NCBI GenBank assembly: GCA_965655095.1
Contig: OZ296651.1
Coordinates: 54,932,001-54,996,000, forward strand
Length of the DNA: 64,000 nt
DNA from: Haplodiscus bocki
Lineage: Eukaryota
Reading direction: 5' to 3'
Both the position numbers and the translations under genes were made by a program. Below, in pieces: positions 23,815 through 36,888 of this stretch. The notes beneath the pieces are model-generated. The model did no database searches. It had not been told where the DNA came from and saw only the letters and a program-made list of their open reading frames with translations. The first letter of the stretch is position 1; each line of letters starts with the position of its first letter.

Positions 23815-24642
23815 GACAAGACGGCAGGCCACCAGCGGTATATTTTCCGCCCTCCAATTTTGTTGAAGATGCATTTTAGAAAGATGGAAGCGTTTTTCTT
23901 CCAGAAAATACATATTTCAATTTTCTAATTTTCCCTATTTGAGTTTCTGCAAAAAATCTCACATTAAGTTGGAAAAGACATAATTTTAAAAAATAATAAG
24001 AGTTGATTCGCTTTCTACAGTAAATTTGCCACCCTTGTTGATTTTGAAAAATTCTCAAGTTTTTTTCAAGAAACCCGGAAGTTCGTACGTATTTGAGAAA
24101 TATTATTTCAGTCGCATTCTGCGGCAAATTTGCTATAATTTGGTGATTACACTTGCGCAAGCAAGTGTTGTATCACAGGCGTCTGAATTCTTTTTTTGTA
24201 TCCGTTCACAACTCGCACAAGTTACTAGATTTTGACCAGAGAGAGGGGAGAGTGGCGTAAACTCGAACCTGGTACCTTTCGCATCGCAATCGCAGGCTCT
24301 ACTTACTGTGCCATTGCTGCTTGTTGATCAGCATTATTATTTAAAATATCTAGCGAATGAAATATTCTCGTTTTCTTACTTGTACATAAATGTGGAAAAA
24401 TTAACTGAGTTTCTTGTTATCAGTAGTGTTCGTGTTTTCATGGCACCTTCAAAAATCAGATATATTTAGTCGATTCGTTTACTAGTTTTCCGTTGGCGCA
24501 AGTCTTGCGAAGTACAGATTCGCCTGTGTAAAAAATTACAAATTCAGAATCATTCGAACATTTGCAATTGACAAGTAAACGTAAAAAAACGCAGGCGTTG
24601 AGTGGATAATTTTCTATATTATAAATATGGGCGGAAAATATA
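23815..24642 (-). mobile_element. HINE family 1 copy interrupted by a family 2 element
   Basis: Runs from CAAGACGGCAGGCCACCAGCGGTATATTTTCCGCCC to ATATTATAAATATGGGCGGAAAATA, with a perfect 12-bp subterminal inverted repeat TATTTTCCGCCC / GGGCGGAAAATA. Confidence 0.8.
24147..24529 (+). mobile_element. HINE family 2 copy with an internal antisense tRNA-like cassette (~24253-24316)
   Basis: 5' hairpin ACACTTGC-GCAA-GCAAGTGT; 3' subterminal repeat GCGCAAGT followed by stem-loop GCGAA-gtacaga-TTCGC. It is inserted at a T of the host element (GGTGAT|AAAAAATT) with no evident TSD. Confidence 0.7.
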
Positions 24643-25869
24643 AACTTCAAAATCTCATAATGGATTTTATCAATGACAAGTATTTCTTTTGCAAATTTAC
24701 AATGTGTGGAAAGAATCCGTTATAACTTATATTGTAATATAGTTTTTTCCATTAGTTTCAGTTTTTTTTGAAGTTAGCTATTATATAGGATTACCGAATT
24801 GATTGCCGAGACGAAGTTTTTGAACTGATTTGTACAGATGAACAATTTTGAATCGTAAAATGTGCGATCTCGGGTTTTTAAACCATGCCAAAACTTTTAG
24901 TACTCGTGTTCTGGACAAAAGATCACCGATAGATTGAAACACGAATTTTGATTTGTTCAAAATCGGTTATTTTTCATTTTAACCGAATCAATTGATTGCT
25001 TGAGCTGTCGCGAGAAAAGGTTTGAAATATTTTTACAGACAAAGAAAAAAATTTCTGAGAGATTAATGATATCGTGCGGTCAACATGCAAGAACATCAAA
25101 GGGACACCCTTAGAAAATTTTCAGCACGGAGAAACAATTTTTTTCGGCGAAAAAATGTGAAACCCACCCACCCCCTATGATGCATAAAAGTTTTTGATAT
25201 CAACTTTCCGGTACACCATATTGCCCTACGAAATTTTTTGGCAATGAAACAGAGAAAAAATCGGCCTAAAAGTTCTCCGGCTTTTTTTGTGTGATACCTC
25301 CGTTATTGTTAACCGAAATTTTCGCGTACGTCGGATGGCGAGTGTCAACTTTGATCTCTTCTCGCCGTGTTTCACAAACCGAAGGTTTTGCAGTTTTGCG
25401 ACGTCATCAGAATGTCCATCGACGCATCTTTAATGCTATCAAACGACATTTTTCGCTTCTTTATACAGTTCGAATTGATTCAACATTGGAATGCAAAAAT
25501 GCCTGACCAAGAAAATCGACTTTTCCTAATAAACTCGTGATTGGTGGGTGGTCTCGTAAAATTGTCAATCACGTATAATTACATAGTTTCAAATGTTTCT
25601 TCCCGATCGTTGATTTTTCTGTTCAACTTATTTCGTTTCTTCATCTATTTGAGAAAGTCGTTTTTTTAGATCACGTGGAGTTTTCAGTCAATCGACTCCT
25701 TTCTTCATCGTGTTTACCTTGTATACCAAATTTAGAAAGTTTTTCCTGGAAACAAATTTGATTTCACTTTTGACCGGAGTTTTTTGGAGGGTGAACGACA
25801 TTTCTGCGAAAAAAAACAATACTTATACTTGAAACTTCAAAAGTATTTTCACTTGCGTTAATCCCTGAA

Positions 25870-26680
25870 ACTGTTCTTCTCAATGACTAGTGGCCCGATG
25901 GGGTCTGTCCAGCGCTGAATCAACTGCTCATGGCCTTGATGAATTTTGACTTTTTTTTGAAATGTCAGTGGTGTTTTTGGCATCGTTGTTAGTTGAAACT
26001 ATTTTTCTCAATGACTAGGCGTGTCATGGTGTTCAGCTTGCACTGATGCAATTACCCCACTACATGGAGCTTTTGGCGAGCACTGCAGATGGTCTATTTT
26101 GCATTTTCTACTGCAAAGTATATCGAACAATGGAAATTAATTTTTTCTCCTCTTTCTGACTGAATGATGAGAATGGCTCCCTCCAGTGTTGATTCAACTA
26201 GTTGATAGCTGAAGTTTTCCATGAGTAGTTATAATTGCCTTGCCTCAATATTTGTTGCGAAATACCTTAATTTATATTCATAAAATCCTAGTTGTTTTCA
26301 GTCAGTACTGGTGGGATTGCGTCTATCCAATGCTTATCAAATTTTTCGACGTTTGCAGCTTCTAAAGAGCAGAGGTGTGTAGCTTTCTCAATTTTATCGC
26401 CAAATATCTTGACCTATGTTTTGGAAAAGCTTTCAATTTTTTTTGGTGGTTGTCAAAACTGATTTCCTCATAACTAGATTTCCGATTGGGTGTCTCCGGC
26501 TCATTCAGCTTTTAATTGCTTAGAGAATGAGCGAAGTGGCCAGTGTCATTCTTTTCAATCTTTAATAATCATTGGCTGAACTTGCATTAGGGAAGTAAGG
26601 AATTTTTTGCGTCTCTCTTGGGAGACTACTTGTAAGATAGCGTCCATCCAAGGCTAATCAACTTTTCCGTGCTTAAAAAC
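25870..26680. repeat. Old degenerate tandem repeat (~130-160-bp units)
   Basis: A pattern like 'TTCTCAATGACTAG...TCCAGYGYTGAWTCAACT' recurs at ~25880, 26005, 26160, 26300, 26470 and 26620. Confidence 0.4.
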
Positions 26681-28414
26681 TCAATGAAGTAGCCGGGGTA
26701 TTCTACTGCACCCTCTCAACCTAAAAATGGAACTCGTCTGTCTTCTCTCAAACGTCTGCCCAGAGATGTCTTGATATATGACTAGAAAAAGGTTCTGTCG
26801 ATTGCCTTTCCAAGTCCGCGACTAAGCATTGATTTTTTTGCGCAATGCCTATTGATTCGGGAGCAAAGGTAGGTACGATTCCTTTGGAGTAGGTGCATTT
26901 TGCATTTTCTCTTCGTCAGTGAAAATTTTTTCCTGCAACTGCCACATCAAAGTTCTGTATCGAAATAACAGTTCTCGTCGGTTTTCATTACACTCAATGC
27001 TGTTTCTCACCTGCGCGCAAGTCTTTGGAAAGCGCAGCTTCACCTCTTTGTCAAGCTGGCAAACTGTCAGATTATTGCGCTCGAATTGAGTTTTGTTAAA
27101 GCGTTCACATCTCGCACAACAGGATTAGTGCCATGAACATCCCTTGTACCGGCGCAATCAGGTACTTTTCTCGGACTGGTTAATGACGACGGCTACGTGC
27201 GCGTCATTACTAAGATTATCGGGGATTGAATCCTATCTCTGATGATTTCTTTCCGGGAATTCTTGAAAGTTTTTTATTTGTAGCATTTTTTCGCTTATCT
27301 CACTCGAATGGGAGAGATGTGTTTTCTACTTTCAGAATTTTTTCTGTTTTCAGAATTTTCTTCAACGTCAGTCTAAATTTTCTGAAATCATCTCTGCATT
27401 TCGCTAAGATATTCAATTGGTAGCAGAAATTCAGTTTCCGTATAATTATCGATGTTGTGCCAAAATTGGGACCGTTGAGACGAAATTTTGCAGTTTTGCT
27501 CCTATTTTTCGTTGTTTCCCTACCACTTCGAATTTTTCGGTCTGAAATTCACAAGGTTAATACCAACTAAGAAGGCCAAGAATTGTTTGCCAATTTTTGT
27601 TGAGAAATTCTAAACTAACCCAAATTGAATGTTCCAAAATAATTGAATTTTTGTTAAATTGGATATATTTTTTCGTAACCTCCAGTCCTTTGCCTTACGA
27701 GTAATCTTTTCAATAACACATGAGTACGAAACATCATTTTTTCAGGTGTTTGTTAGAGCTGTTTTTCGACTCTTGCGAAAGTTGTTTTGCTTGCTACCCC
27801 CCTAATTCTTTTTTTCCGGTGCAAGTGCATAAAATCAACTTATGGCATGCAAGTCAACCCATAGCGCATGCAGTTAGAATAAATCGAAAGTGTGGAACTT
27901 GGAAAAATCCCGAAAATTTCTGAAATGATACTTTCTGTTCCAGAATCGGTCTTTTGGCTACAGTTGCGTCAGATGTGTGCGAAGCAGAAAGTTCTCCTAT
28001 GGTTGGTATACTTTTCGAAGATGAACTAAAAACCTCATACGGAAAGTGTACTTTTTTCTGTAACCTTTTCCTTTTTTGCTGCAAAAGAAAACTTCTGCAG
28101 TTTTTAGCAAAAAAACGAAGGTATTTTTGAGACTGATTCGGGCAAATTTCAATTTGTTCGAAGAAGTAGAATTTCGTTTTGATGATTTTGGAAATTTGCT
28201 GACTTTCTTCGTCATTGTCTGGTATTCTTCCAGTTTTTGGTAGCGCTGATCCGTTTTCTGGAAAACCTAACTATTCGTTCGCCAGCTGTCCACACTTGCG
28301 AGTTGAGCGAAAGAAGTGTATCAGTGTCGACATCTCCCCTTTTTTGTCTACTCGGTCAAAGCTCGCTTTTTTCCGAGTTTTTAAGTTGTTCCGAAATTTG
28401 AAAAATTTTCGATA

Positions 28415-28482
28415 TGGGTGGGGTTCAAACGCGCAACCTGTGACTCCGGAAGCGTTTGGCTTATCAACTGCGCCATCTGCAA
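28415..28482 (-). mobile_element. tRNA-derived SINE-like head
   Basis: Minus strand reads TGGCGCAGTTGATAAG...GGTTGCGCGTTTGAACCCC, giving an A box and a degenerate B box. Confidence 0.45.
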
Positions 28483-31400
28483 CGATTACAGGCTTTATTC
28501 GTTGGAATTATGTACTACAGCTGCGTCTGGCGGCAAATTTCTAACGTATATTTTAGACGTGTTTCCATTTATTATCTATCATAGTTTTGTGGCCGTTATA
28601 TGATTTTTCAAAACCACGAGCCAGAACGTTTCTTTTGGTGAGAAGGACTGCTTTTTTCGTCGACTATTTTTGTGTATTGGGAATTTACGCAGGTTCTTCA
28701 CTGGCGTTTATTGTCTAAACTTTTCTTCTCAGACTAGTGGTTGAATTGGGTCCATTGGAAACTTATATAACTGCTCGTGGCTCGGCGGTTCTGCGAATTA
28801 GACTCGATAGTTCGGGCTGTATTTTTTTGCCGAAATATTTTGACTGGAATTCGAATACTTTTTTCTTTCGTGGCTCGTTAGTCTTGTTTCTCGTCGAGTG
28901 TTGCTCGTACTTTATCCATCTAGCAGTGATTCAACTACTCGCTGTCCGGATTTTGAGTGACGAACCTGGGAAAGTCTTTTATGTTTTTGATGAGAAAGTT
29001 CTCGATTTCAAATTAAGACATCGCAGAGTTTTTTCTTTTGTTGGTTAGAATCGTTTTTTTGTTTATTAGTCATATTTGATCCATCCATCGCTAAATGAAC
29101 TAGCTGCAGTCCAGAAGTTGAGCGAGGTTACTTGGATAGGTTGTTCTTATACCATCTGAAGGATAGGAGTAGTGTGTATCAAAAGCGGACTATGGGTAGG
29201 TTTTTGATGTCATTCAGGAGTCTAGTTATCTAGTATAAACGGTCATAAATGCCTTTATCCGCAGGGACATGATCATCTCGCTTCCATTTGCTGTGCAAAC
29301 TTCTTAGGCTTTGGGGCAAAATGGCGTAACCTGAATACATGATTAACACATAATTTTTTCGAATTAAACAATGTGGCAGGTATCGGTCAATTTTTTTTGC
29401 GTTTTCTACCTTACAAATAACCTAAACTTCGCCAGGGAAAATGGCATAACCTGAAAATACCAGAGACACTCATCAGACTTTCCAGTCTGGGACCCTGTGA
29501 CAGCTACTTGTCCCAAGTTGACTTTCTTCAAACTCTTGATTGACAGCGGATGTATTTCCAAAACGCTCAATCACCGCTCTGATTATGTTATCACTTGTTT
29601 TTATGCAATACGTGATTTTGAATGATCAGTTACAGTGTGTTGAAAACTTCCGTTTGCCTCTGTATACGTTCTTCTTTGCGTGAACTGTTGACTGGAACTT
29701 GAAAAATTGAAATTTTTTCTTTCGTTAAAATAGTTCGTCTCATTGATTATCGGTCAAATTGGTTACGTCCAATGCCGTTTTAACTATTTGAGGCTTGGAG
29801 GTGCTTTATAACAGCTTGGATACTTTACTTCTTAATCGTTTTGGAGGAACTCTTCAGTGGAAGGTGAAAAACCGAACGTGTTTGTACGTGCGTTGTTCGT
29901 AAAGTTTGTTTTTCTCACACACCAGCGACTATTTTGCGTCATTTTTCTCCATTTGTCTCTTTCAATTGCTTTCTGTCTAGTCTAAATTTTCGGTTGAACA
30001 CGATGATAGGTCTTGTTTACTCTGAGTCGTTTGTAATTGAAACGTTAAACTAGATGTTCATGACGGCCAGTTGTTTGATTGCGCCCATCCAAAGTTTTCT
30101 ATTGGTCGGATTGTGGCCATCCAGCCCTCAATCGACTACCCATTACCTCAAGGAATTGTGTAGTATCAGGTATTGTCAATTTGATTCAGTTCAAGTTGCT
30201 GTTATTGCTTAGCTTTAGATTCCATCCTGTTGGTTTGGCAAATAGCGTCATCTTCATTTTATGTAATGGAAAATGTGATGCTTTCTTCAGCCGTGGTGTA
30301 GTGTGAAGTCGGAGTGTGACAGGGTTGATGCACAGCAGTACAATTTGTCTAGTTCGTACGTCTTCTGGGGACCTATTTTAACTTCTTCTCGAATCGACCC
30401 ATTTTGAACTTAAGTGTTTCTTCAATGTGATTTTATTGACGGCTTTTGGTCGGATTGTATCCCTCTATTTTAGCAATTCAAATTCGTGATGCGTAGAGGC
30501 TCTCTAAAGTAGCAGCGATGAACTCTTTTTCACTGCCAAAATTGTATCCCTGGGGAAAACATCCAAGTTTGTCGCGCTTCTGTTGTCTAACTTTCTCGGA
30601 AACCATCGATGACATCAGCGTCATTGCGTCCTGTATTGGTCAAACGATAGTCAGAAAGTATACTTAAGGTTCCGGGTGGTGTTTACTGTCAACTCATCGC
30701 AACTTCTTTAAAACTCGAAATTTTTCTCACCTTTGTTTGTAATGATGTAACTATCAGAACCATAGATGTCCTGAATGTCATACGCGAATCGGTTCTTTTG
30801 TCTGTGTTTTTCCATGCGCTCTAGGATTTTTGGGAATAATTGTTTGCGTAGCCTATTTTCCAGGGTGGTTGCTTTCACTTGAAATATATTCCGTCTTTGA
30901 GCGAGCAAACGAACAGCTGAAAGGTAAATATCTCGCGAAGTATTTTCAGATTCAATTACAAAATGAAGAATTTACTTCTTTCAAACCTTTTTTTCAAGAA
31001 TAGTCGTCTCATTGCGCCGATTCTCAGGCAATTCGTCTACTTTGACCTGGAGAATCTGCAAAGTGGCAGAGATTGTCTTTTTTGTACTTTTTCCTCGAAT
31101 CGTGTCGATTGCATCTTCGTCTGTGTTACATTTGCGACTAGCCAATGTTATGGACCAGAATCGTCAACCAATCTTTTCTATCCGTTCGAAACTGGCATCG
31201 GGTAATCAGGTGTTCACCAACTCAAATTCGGTGGGAAATTAGCTCCGCTGGCTTTTTCAGCTTGCTGTGCAACCTTTACTGAAAATAATTAAACCGGTAA
31301 ACACTGACTATTTAGCAATGATAATTGTATAAATTATTGCGTCGATTAAAGTGATGTTTGGCTGTGAACTATTCATTGTTTTTCATCGAGAGGTATGCTC

Positions 31401-32181
31401 AACACTGCATTCATCCACATTTTTTTTCAAAAACGCGCATTTTTGTGAATATTCCGAGGAGGGACGTTCCATTTCATACTTTTCACGGGAATTTTCTCGT
31501 TCGTTTAAAGTTTGGATTTTCCACTTGCATCTTTTTTCAATGTTCTCCTCGCAGACCATATTTTCGAGTGCAGCCATCCAGTGCTCCGTAAAAGAGCCAC
31601 AAAATGGGTTAACTGTGGAGATGCTGGAATGTGCCATTTACATTCCATGCGAAACTTCTTGACTTGTAGTTTGAATTTGGAACTTTCTCCCTTTCACATA
31701 GTTAGATTGTGTTTCTGGAAGACGACTGGTCGCATTAAGTGATCATTCAAAAACATCTATTTTGGGGACTTTGTGAAGAAGTGGACGAGTCTTTTTTCGG
31801 TCGTGTCATAGTGTACACTTGAAATAATTTGACCGTTCAATTGTCTTTGGAGTTTTTTTCCCGACGTCTTCAGAATTTTCTTTTCAGACTACTGATTGCA
31901 TTGTAGATAACTAGTGCTCACTAACAGGTCTGCAATAGGGGAACTTTTCGGAAGCGGTGATGTACCATCTCAAACATTCCACGCAAGCTTTCTTGGCTTA
32001 AAGCGTGAAAACGGAAATGATTTTTTACTTGCATCTTCCTTCCAAGTGTTTTCTCAAAGACTACTGGTTGGACTGTAGGCAGCAAGTCCCCTTTCGAAAG
32101 CCGGGAATATGGTCAGCCTCTAAAAAAGTCGAATGAGCAGTTTCATTTCTCCCGCGCGAAGTCTGTTGATTTTTAGTGTAG

Positions 32182-32808
32182 AACAAGACGGCTGGCTAGC
32201 ATCGGCTCATTTTGCGCCCACCAATTTTGTTGAAGACGCTTTTTAAAAGGATGAAAAAATTGCTGTTTCTTCCTAAAATTTTGTAATTTTTCCGAGTTAC
32301 AAAATTTTCTGATTATGCAAAAATTCACAATTAAGATGGAAGAGATATTTTCACGATATGAAATCATTTGATGCCCATTCTACAGCAAAGTTGCCACCTT
32401 TAGCCGATTTTGAAAAAGATCAGGTTTTTCTTTGAAAAAAAAACTTTCCAAAAAGAAACCAAAAGAAATCGGTAGGTTTGTCATAACTGCCTTTTACGTG
32501 CCAGAAGAACTTTTTGAGAAAGATTTTTGAAAAAAAAATTATTTAGAGAAATCCATAATTTAATATTTTCGGACTTTGAGCGGATAATTATTGGCGTTTT
32601 GGCGAATATTTCTCGACAGGGTTGTCAAAACTCCATTCTACGTGTACAGGCGAACATTTCAGGGATTTCAAAAATTTTTCGAAAAAGTGAGCAAATTTTG
32701 GGCAACATCGTTTTTAACATGAATGCAGTTGGAGAACATCGGATAAAAAGCGTTCCTTTTGAGAGGAAGATTTTCCTTCCATGCTTTATAAATATGGCGG
32801 GAAAATTT
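32182..32808 (-). mobile_element. HINE family 1 copy
   Basis: Runs from AACAAGACGGCTGGCTAGCATCGGCTCATTTTGCGCCC to CCATGCTTTATAAATATGGCGGGAAAAT. Confidence 0.72.
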
Positions 32809-33297
32809 TGGCAGATTCTTTAGTTCCCTCTTTTCTCAAGGTAGTTTCCTAGAAGACTACCGGTTAGGTTGCGGCCCTCCAAAGCCCATTCGAAAGCTGG
32901 AAATAACGATATAGAAAATGGGCTAATATTCTGAAGCAGGAATATTCAGTTTCATCTATTTTTTACTTTGTAGAATAGTTTTTTTGACGTTTTTCGTCAG
33001 TCGAAAAACTTAATTGCGACTTTTTTCCAACTTTTAGTTCTCGGACGTTATCGATTAGATTGCTGTCACTCAATGCCAAACATCAATCGTGATAAATTGT
33101 TTTCGAGTAGCTGTATCTCCGTTCGTACACAGTGCAACCGTTTTTTCTGTATATTCCATCGAGCTGTTGTCAGGTGAGCTATCAGTCGATGCTCTTCATC
33201 ACCTTCGCCGCAAATGTATGTATGCGGAGCACAGCTTCGCTTCTGTGTTCTGTTTTTGTTGCCTGTTTGATTTTCGAAAGAGTCGTCTCACTTTTCA

Positions 33298-33677
33298 TTA
33301 CAGTTGCGCAAGCAAGTGTTATAACAGTCTCCAATTTTTTTTTGATCTCTTCACAACTGACACAAGTTCCTAGATTTTAACTTTTTAAAAAGCGGAATGG
33401 CCTAGGCTCGAACCAGCGACCATTCGCGCCGCGGTTGCATTCTCTACTGACTGTGCCATTGTCGCGTGAGAATCAGTGTTTTTAGTTAAAATATCAAGCG
33501 AATGTATTTTTATAGCGTTTCTTACTTTTGTACAAGAATTAACTGAATGTATGACACTTGTTATCAGTAGTTTTCGTAGTATAGTTGCATGCTTCAAAGG
33601 TCGGTCATATTTAGTCAATTTGTTCACTAGTATTCCGTTGGCGCATGTGTTGCGAGGCGCAGCGTCGTCTCTGCGTT
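33298..33677 (+). mobile_element. HINE family 2 copy with an antisense tRNA-like cassette (~33395-33462)
   Basis: Colinear with 24147-24529, from CAGTTGCGCAAGCAAGTGT to CCGTTGGCGCATGTGTTGCGAG. The minus strand has TGGCACAGTCAGTAGAG and GGTTCGAGCC. Confidence 0.7.
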
Positions 33678-34086
33678 CCGATTTGCACATGGATCGCTTG
33701 ATCAAATTGTGTGGAGGAACAAATTTGCGTTTCGTCGTAATTTTTGGTCTCAAAGCCAACGGCGTAGAGGCTAAGAAGAGGCTTTGTAGGTTTTTTACAG
33801 ACCACCCAACGATTGTGGTTATGTTGTGTATTCACGCTGGTGATGTGCAACGACAGACTTGCTTCTCAACTATTTTCAATTGCAGCTACGTTGTGTAAAA
33901 CTTAACTACTGCATGAACTGGTGGCGCCGCTCACAATCGCCCGAGGGCTACCGCGAGCAAGTTTTCCATTTTGATTTTTTTGCGAGAGTAGTTGTTCATT
34001 TGCTTATAATAATATCGAAGACGAAGGGTTTTATAGAGACGACGCTGACTTTTTTTGCCTTACCATCAAATTATGTCGCGGGCAAT

Positions 34087-34480
34087 TTTGCCTCACTACA
34101 CTAAGTGAGGTAATCTCAGCTTACTAGTTCATAATTACTTGGAATCATGTTTCACTACTGCGTACAGTCATGCTGCAGACATCAGTTGTCTAAAGTAACG
34201 GTTAGTTAACTTTCAGTATGGGTAAATTTTGAAGTCCAAAGTTTCTGGATGTTTTTTTGGAGGAATTTTGTGCAAGCAACAAATTTTTCTCGGAATGTGA
34301 AGTAGTTTTTTATTTGTTTTGTATGAGAACCGGGCACTCATTTGAGAAGTTATGATGCCCTAATCTTTACGGGTTTTGGGTCATCTCTTTTTGAATAAAT
34401 TTGGCTGAAAATCTCTTTACATATTTTCGAAACCTTAATTGTTGTTTTTCGTAGCTACAAAACATTCCTAAAACTTTCTC
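34087..34480 (+). repeat. Dispersed repeat with a 5' hairpin; second copy ~35751-36050
   Basis: TTTTGCCTCACT-acact-AAGTGAGG at 34087 and TTTTGCCTCACT-acacat-AGTGAGG at ~35751, each followed by ~300 bp of similar sequence (e.g. TGTGAAGTAGTTTTT, TGATGCCCTA). Confidence 0.6.
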
Positions 34481-36339
34481 TTTTCAATCATTTCAAAAAG
34501 CAAACCATCGAGTAGTCACTGGAGCCAACCAAAGTGAGACTATGAGTTATATTTTTCATGCCTATGCATGGAGTCTGAGATGTCGGTTCCGCAGTTTTCG
34601 CCAGCTTGGTCCATTCGGTTTTTCGTCCGCTAAATTTTTGTCTTAAATGACGCTTATCTTCCGGTTTCAATGCTTTGATACTGGACTCACTCAAAGGGAC
34701 CAATTTTGGTTTTTGTTATTCATGGACAACTGGATATAATTGGTGTTTTTGCAACACTATTGTTAGGGTTTTTCAATAATTGAAACCATAGTCTGAAGGG
34801 CTTCCTGCTTTCTTCGGATATTTTTTTCGAACTTTAGCCATTTTTACAATTCAAGTACTTCCAGTTTTTCTCTTTCCCTATCAAGAATTTTGGAAAGATA
34901 GCCATATTTAAAAATTAATTAGTGATAAGGTTTTGCATTTGAAACGAGAGCAATGAACCCTCTTTGACGCCAGCACCGACATGTCTGGAATACCATTTTT
35001 GCCCGTTAAGTCTTCAAATGGAAATTTTTTGTTGCAAGCCCAGTTTCTCCTCGTCGCCTGTCGGACGAATTTTTCTGAAGTTCAGCAGAAACATAACGAG
35101 GTGATTTTAACCAACTAACCAGTAAATTGTGATTGCGGTCCAAAAATTTTTTGCTATAGGTGTTTTTGCAAAATTTTTCTGAAAATCCCGTCTATTTGAA
35201 AAAGATCAACTTTAATTTGTAATATCCTGGGACCTAGGTCTTCTATTTTTCCTGATATTGCATAGGCATATAAGGAGGCGTTAATAAAACCTATTGTAAA
35301 TTTTGGTTGGGGGCCAGATAATCTTTCGATACGTTTTTTTGCACCATGAAACATGAAAAGCTTTTTTCTTGCTGTCTGGGAAAAATTGCGTCAAATTTAA
35401 AGTCCCTTATCCCGGCATCTATGTATTCAAATTGGTTAAATTTTATGCCTTTGTTCATTGCTCTTTTGATGAAAAGCTACTTTAATTTAGAAGGGATCTT
35501 GGGTAACCAGCTTTTTGTCATTTTAATGCTTGAACAAATTTTTCAAAAATGCGAAAAATAAAGTTTCTCAGTCGTGTGCAAATGGAGAACCTTGTGCTCA
35601 ATTCACAGTAATTGACTGGTTAAACTGGAAATATTCAAGTACTTATTTGTTTTATTGCGCCGTATTTAATATGGAAGCGGAAGCCGAACGATTTTAAAAG
35701 CATGACGCTGTATTTCTTTTTTCGAGACCATCAAACTATGACGCGGACACTTTTGCCTCACTACACATAGTGAGGTTAGGTCAGCTTAGCTCATTTTTAG
35801 GCATAGAGTCATTTGCTAGCCCACAAAATTAAACGTTAGTAATTTTCAGTAAAAGTGATCTTTCAAAACTTAATTTTGTACACAAGTTATTTTGTGAAGA
35901 AACTTTGTAAAAGCATCTTTTCTTTGACTGTGAAGTAGTTTTTATCGATGTTTCATTTGAGAATAGGACAATTATTCGAGAGTTTTGATGCCCTATAACT
36001 TCTACGCGCTCTCGAAGTTTTTTCTTTAATTTTGACCGAAATCTGATCGCAAGAAAGGTCGAAACCCTGATAGATGTTTTTTTTGCAGCTCCGAATCTCC
36101 TTCAAAATTTAGCTTCAAAACATTTTCAAACAAAACAAAATGCTGAGTAGCAACGGAACCGAACGAATATGAACCAAAAAATTCGCGTTGTATCGTTTTA
36201 CACAGAGACTTCGATTTCAATTTCCCTTCGGCAGATTACTTGAGCTGAATCAATTTAGTTTTGATTTTTCGTCTGCGAAATGTTACCCTGGAATTACGCT
36301 GAAGTTATTGTTTTCAATGCTTCGATATTCGAGCCCCAC

Positions 36340-36653
36340 AAAGGGCCGACTTTTAAATGTGGGAGGAAACTCATTCGCTTACCGCTTGCGTTTTTTTACG
36401 CATACTCACTACCAATTGCATGATTCTGCCAGAATTGTGCCGCGTGCAAAACACCTTTTTTCGACCAAAGTTTTGGATTTTTTGGAAAAAAAAACAGATT
36501 TTTCAAAATTGGGAAAAAACAGCAGTTAATGTAGAATGCGTGTAAAAGCGTAATTCTTGCTGAAAATGCTTTCGCCCGAAACGTGGGGTTTTTTGATGTA
36601 TTTTCAACAAAGTTCAAAGGTGGAAAAATCCCGCTGGTCGCCGGGTGTCTCGT
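36340..36653 (+). mobile_element. Diverged HINE family 1 copy
   Basis: 3' end GGTGGAAAAATCCCGCTGGTCGCCGGGTGTCTCGTT; the body contains GTAGAATGCG and CAATTGC...TACG blocks shared with other copies. Confidence 0.55.
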
Positions 36654-36888
36654 TCAGTAAACGCCTTAGAATTCTATCGTTCCAACCAACGATTTTCAGA
36701 CACCGGTTGATGTCTTCATACCAGTGGGCAGCGTCCACTTGAAGTTTTTCAATAGTATCGTATCCAAAAATAAAATCAAATGAGTGTTTTCGCTGTTTTT
36801 GATGTTGTCGATACTTTTTTTTCTTTTGAAAGATATTACACAAACCAAAAATATTTTTCATTAAGGTAATGTTGATCTTTAAGTTAAT

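Noticed and set aside
29200-29290. 'LYTR.LDS' on the minus strand as a polinton DNA polymerase B fragment
   Set aside because: The match is too short, and no flanking polymerase motifs (DxxSLYP, YxDTDS) were found.
31590-31660. 'CKWHIPASPQ' as a BEL/Pao integrase motif
   Set aside because: The expected downstream GGxWER motif and upstream DDE residues are absent.
8546-36861. Numerous 60-140-aa F/K/L-rich ORFs in the ORF track
   Set aside because: Most start at TTG or GTG, lie in AT-rich repeats and show no domain signatures, as expected by chance.
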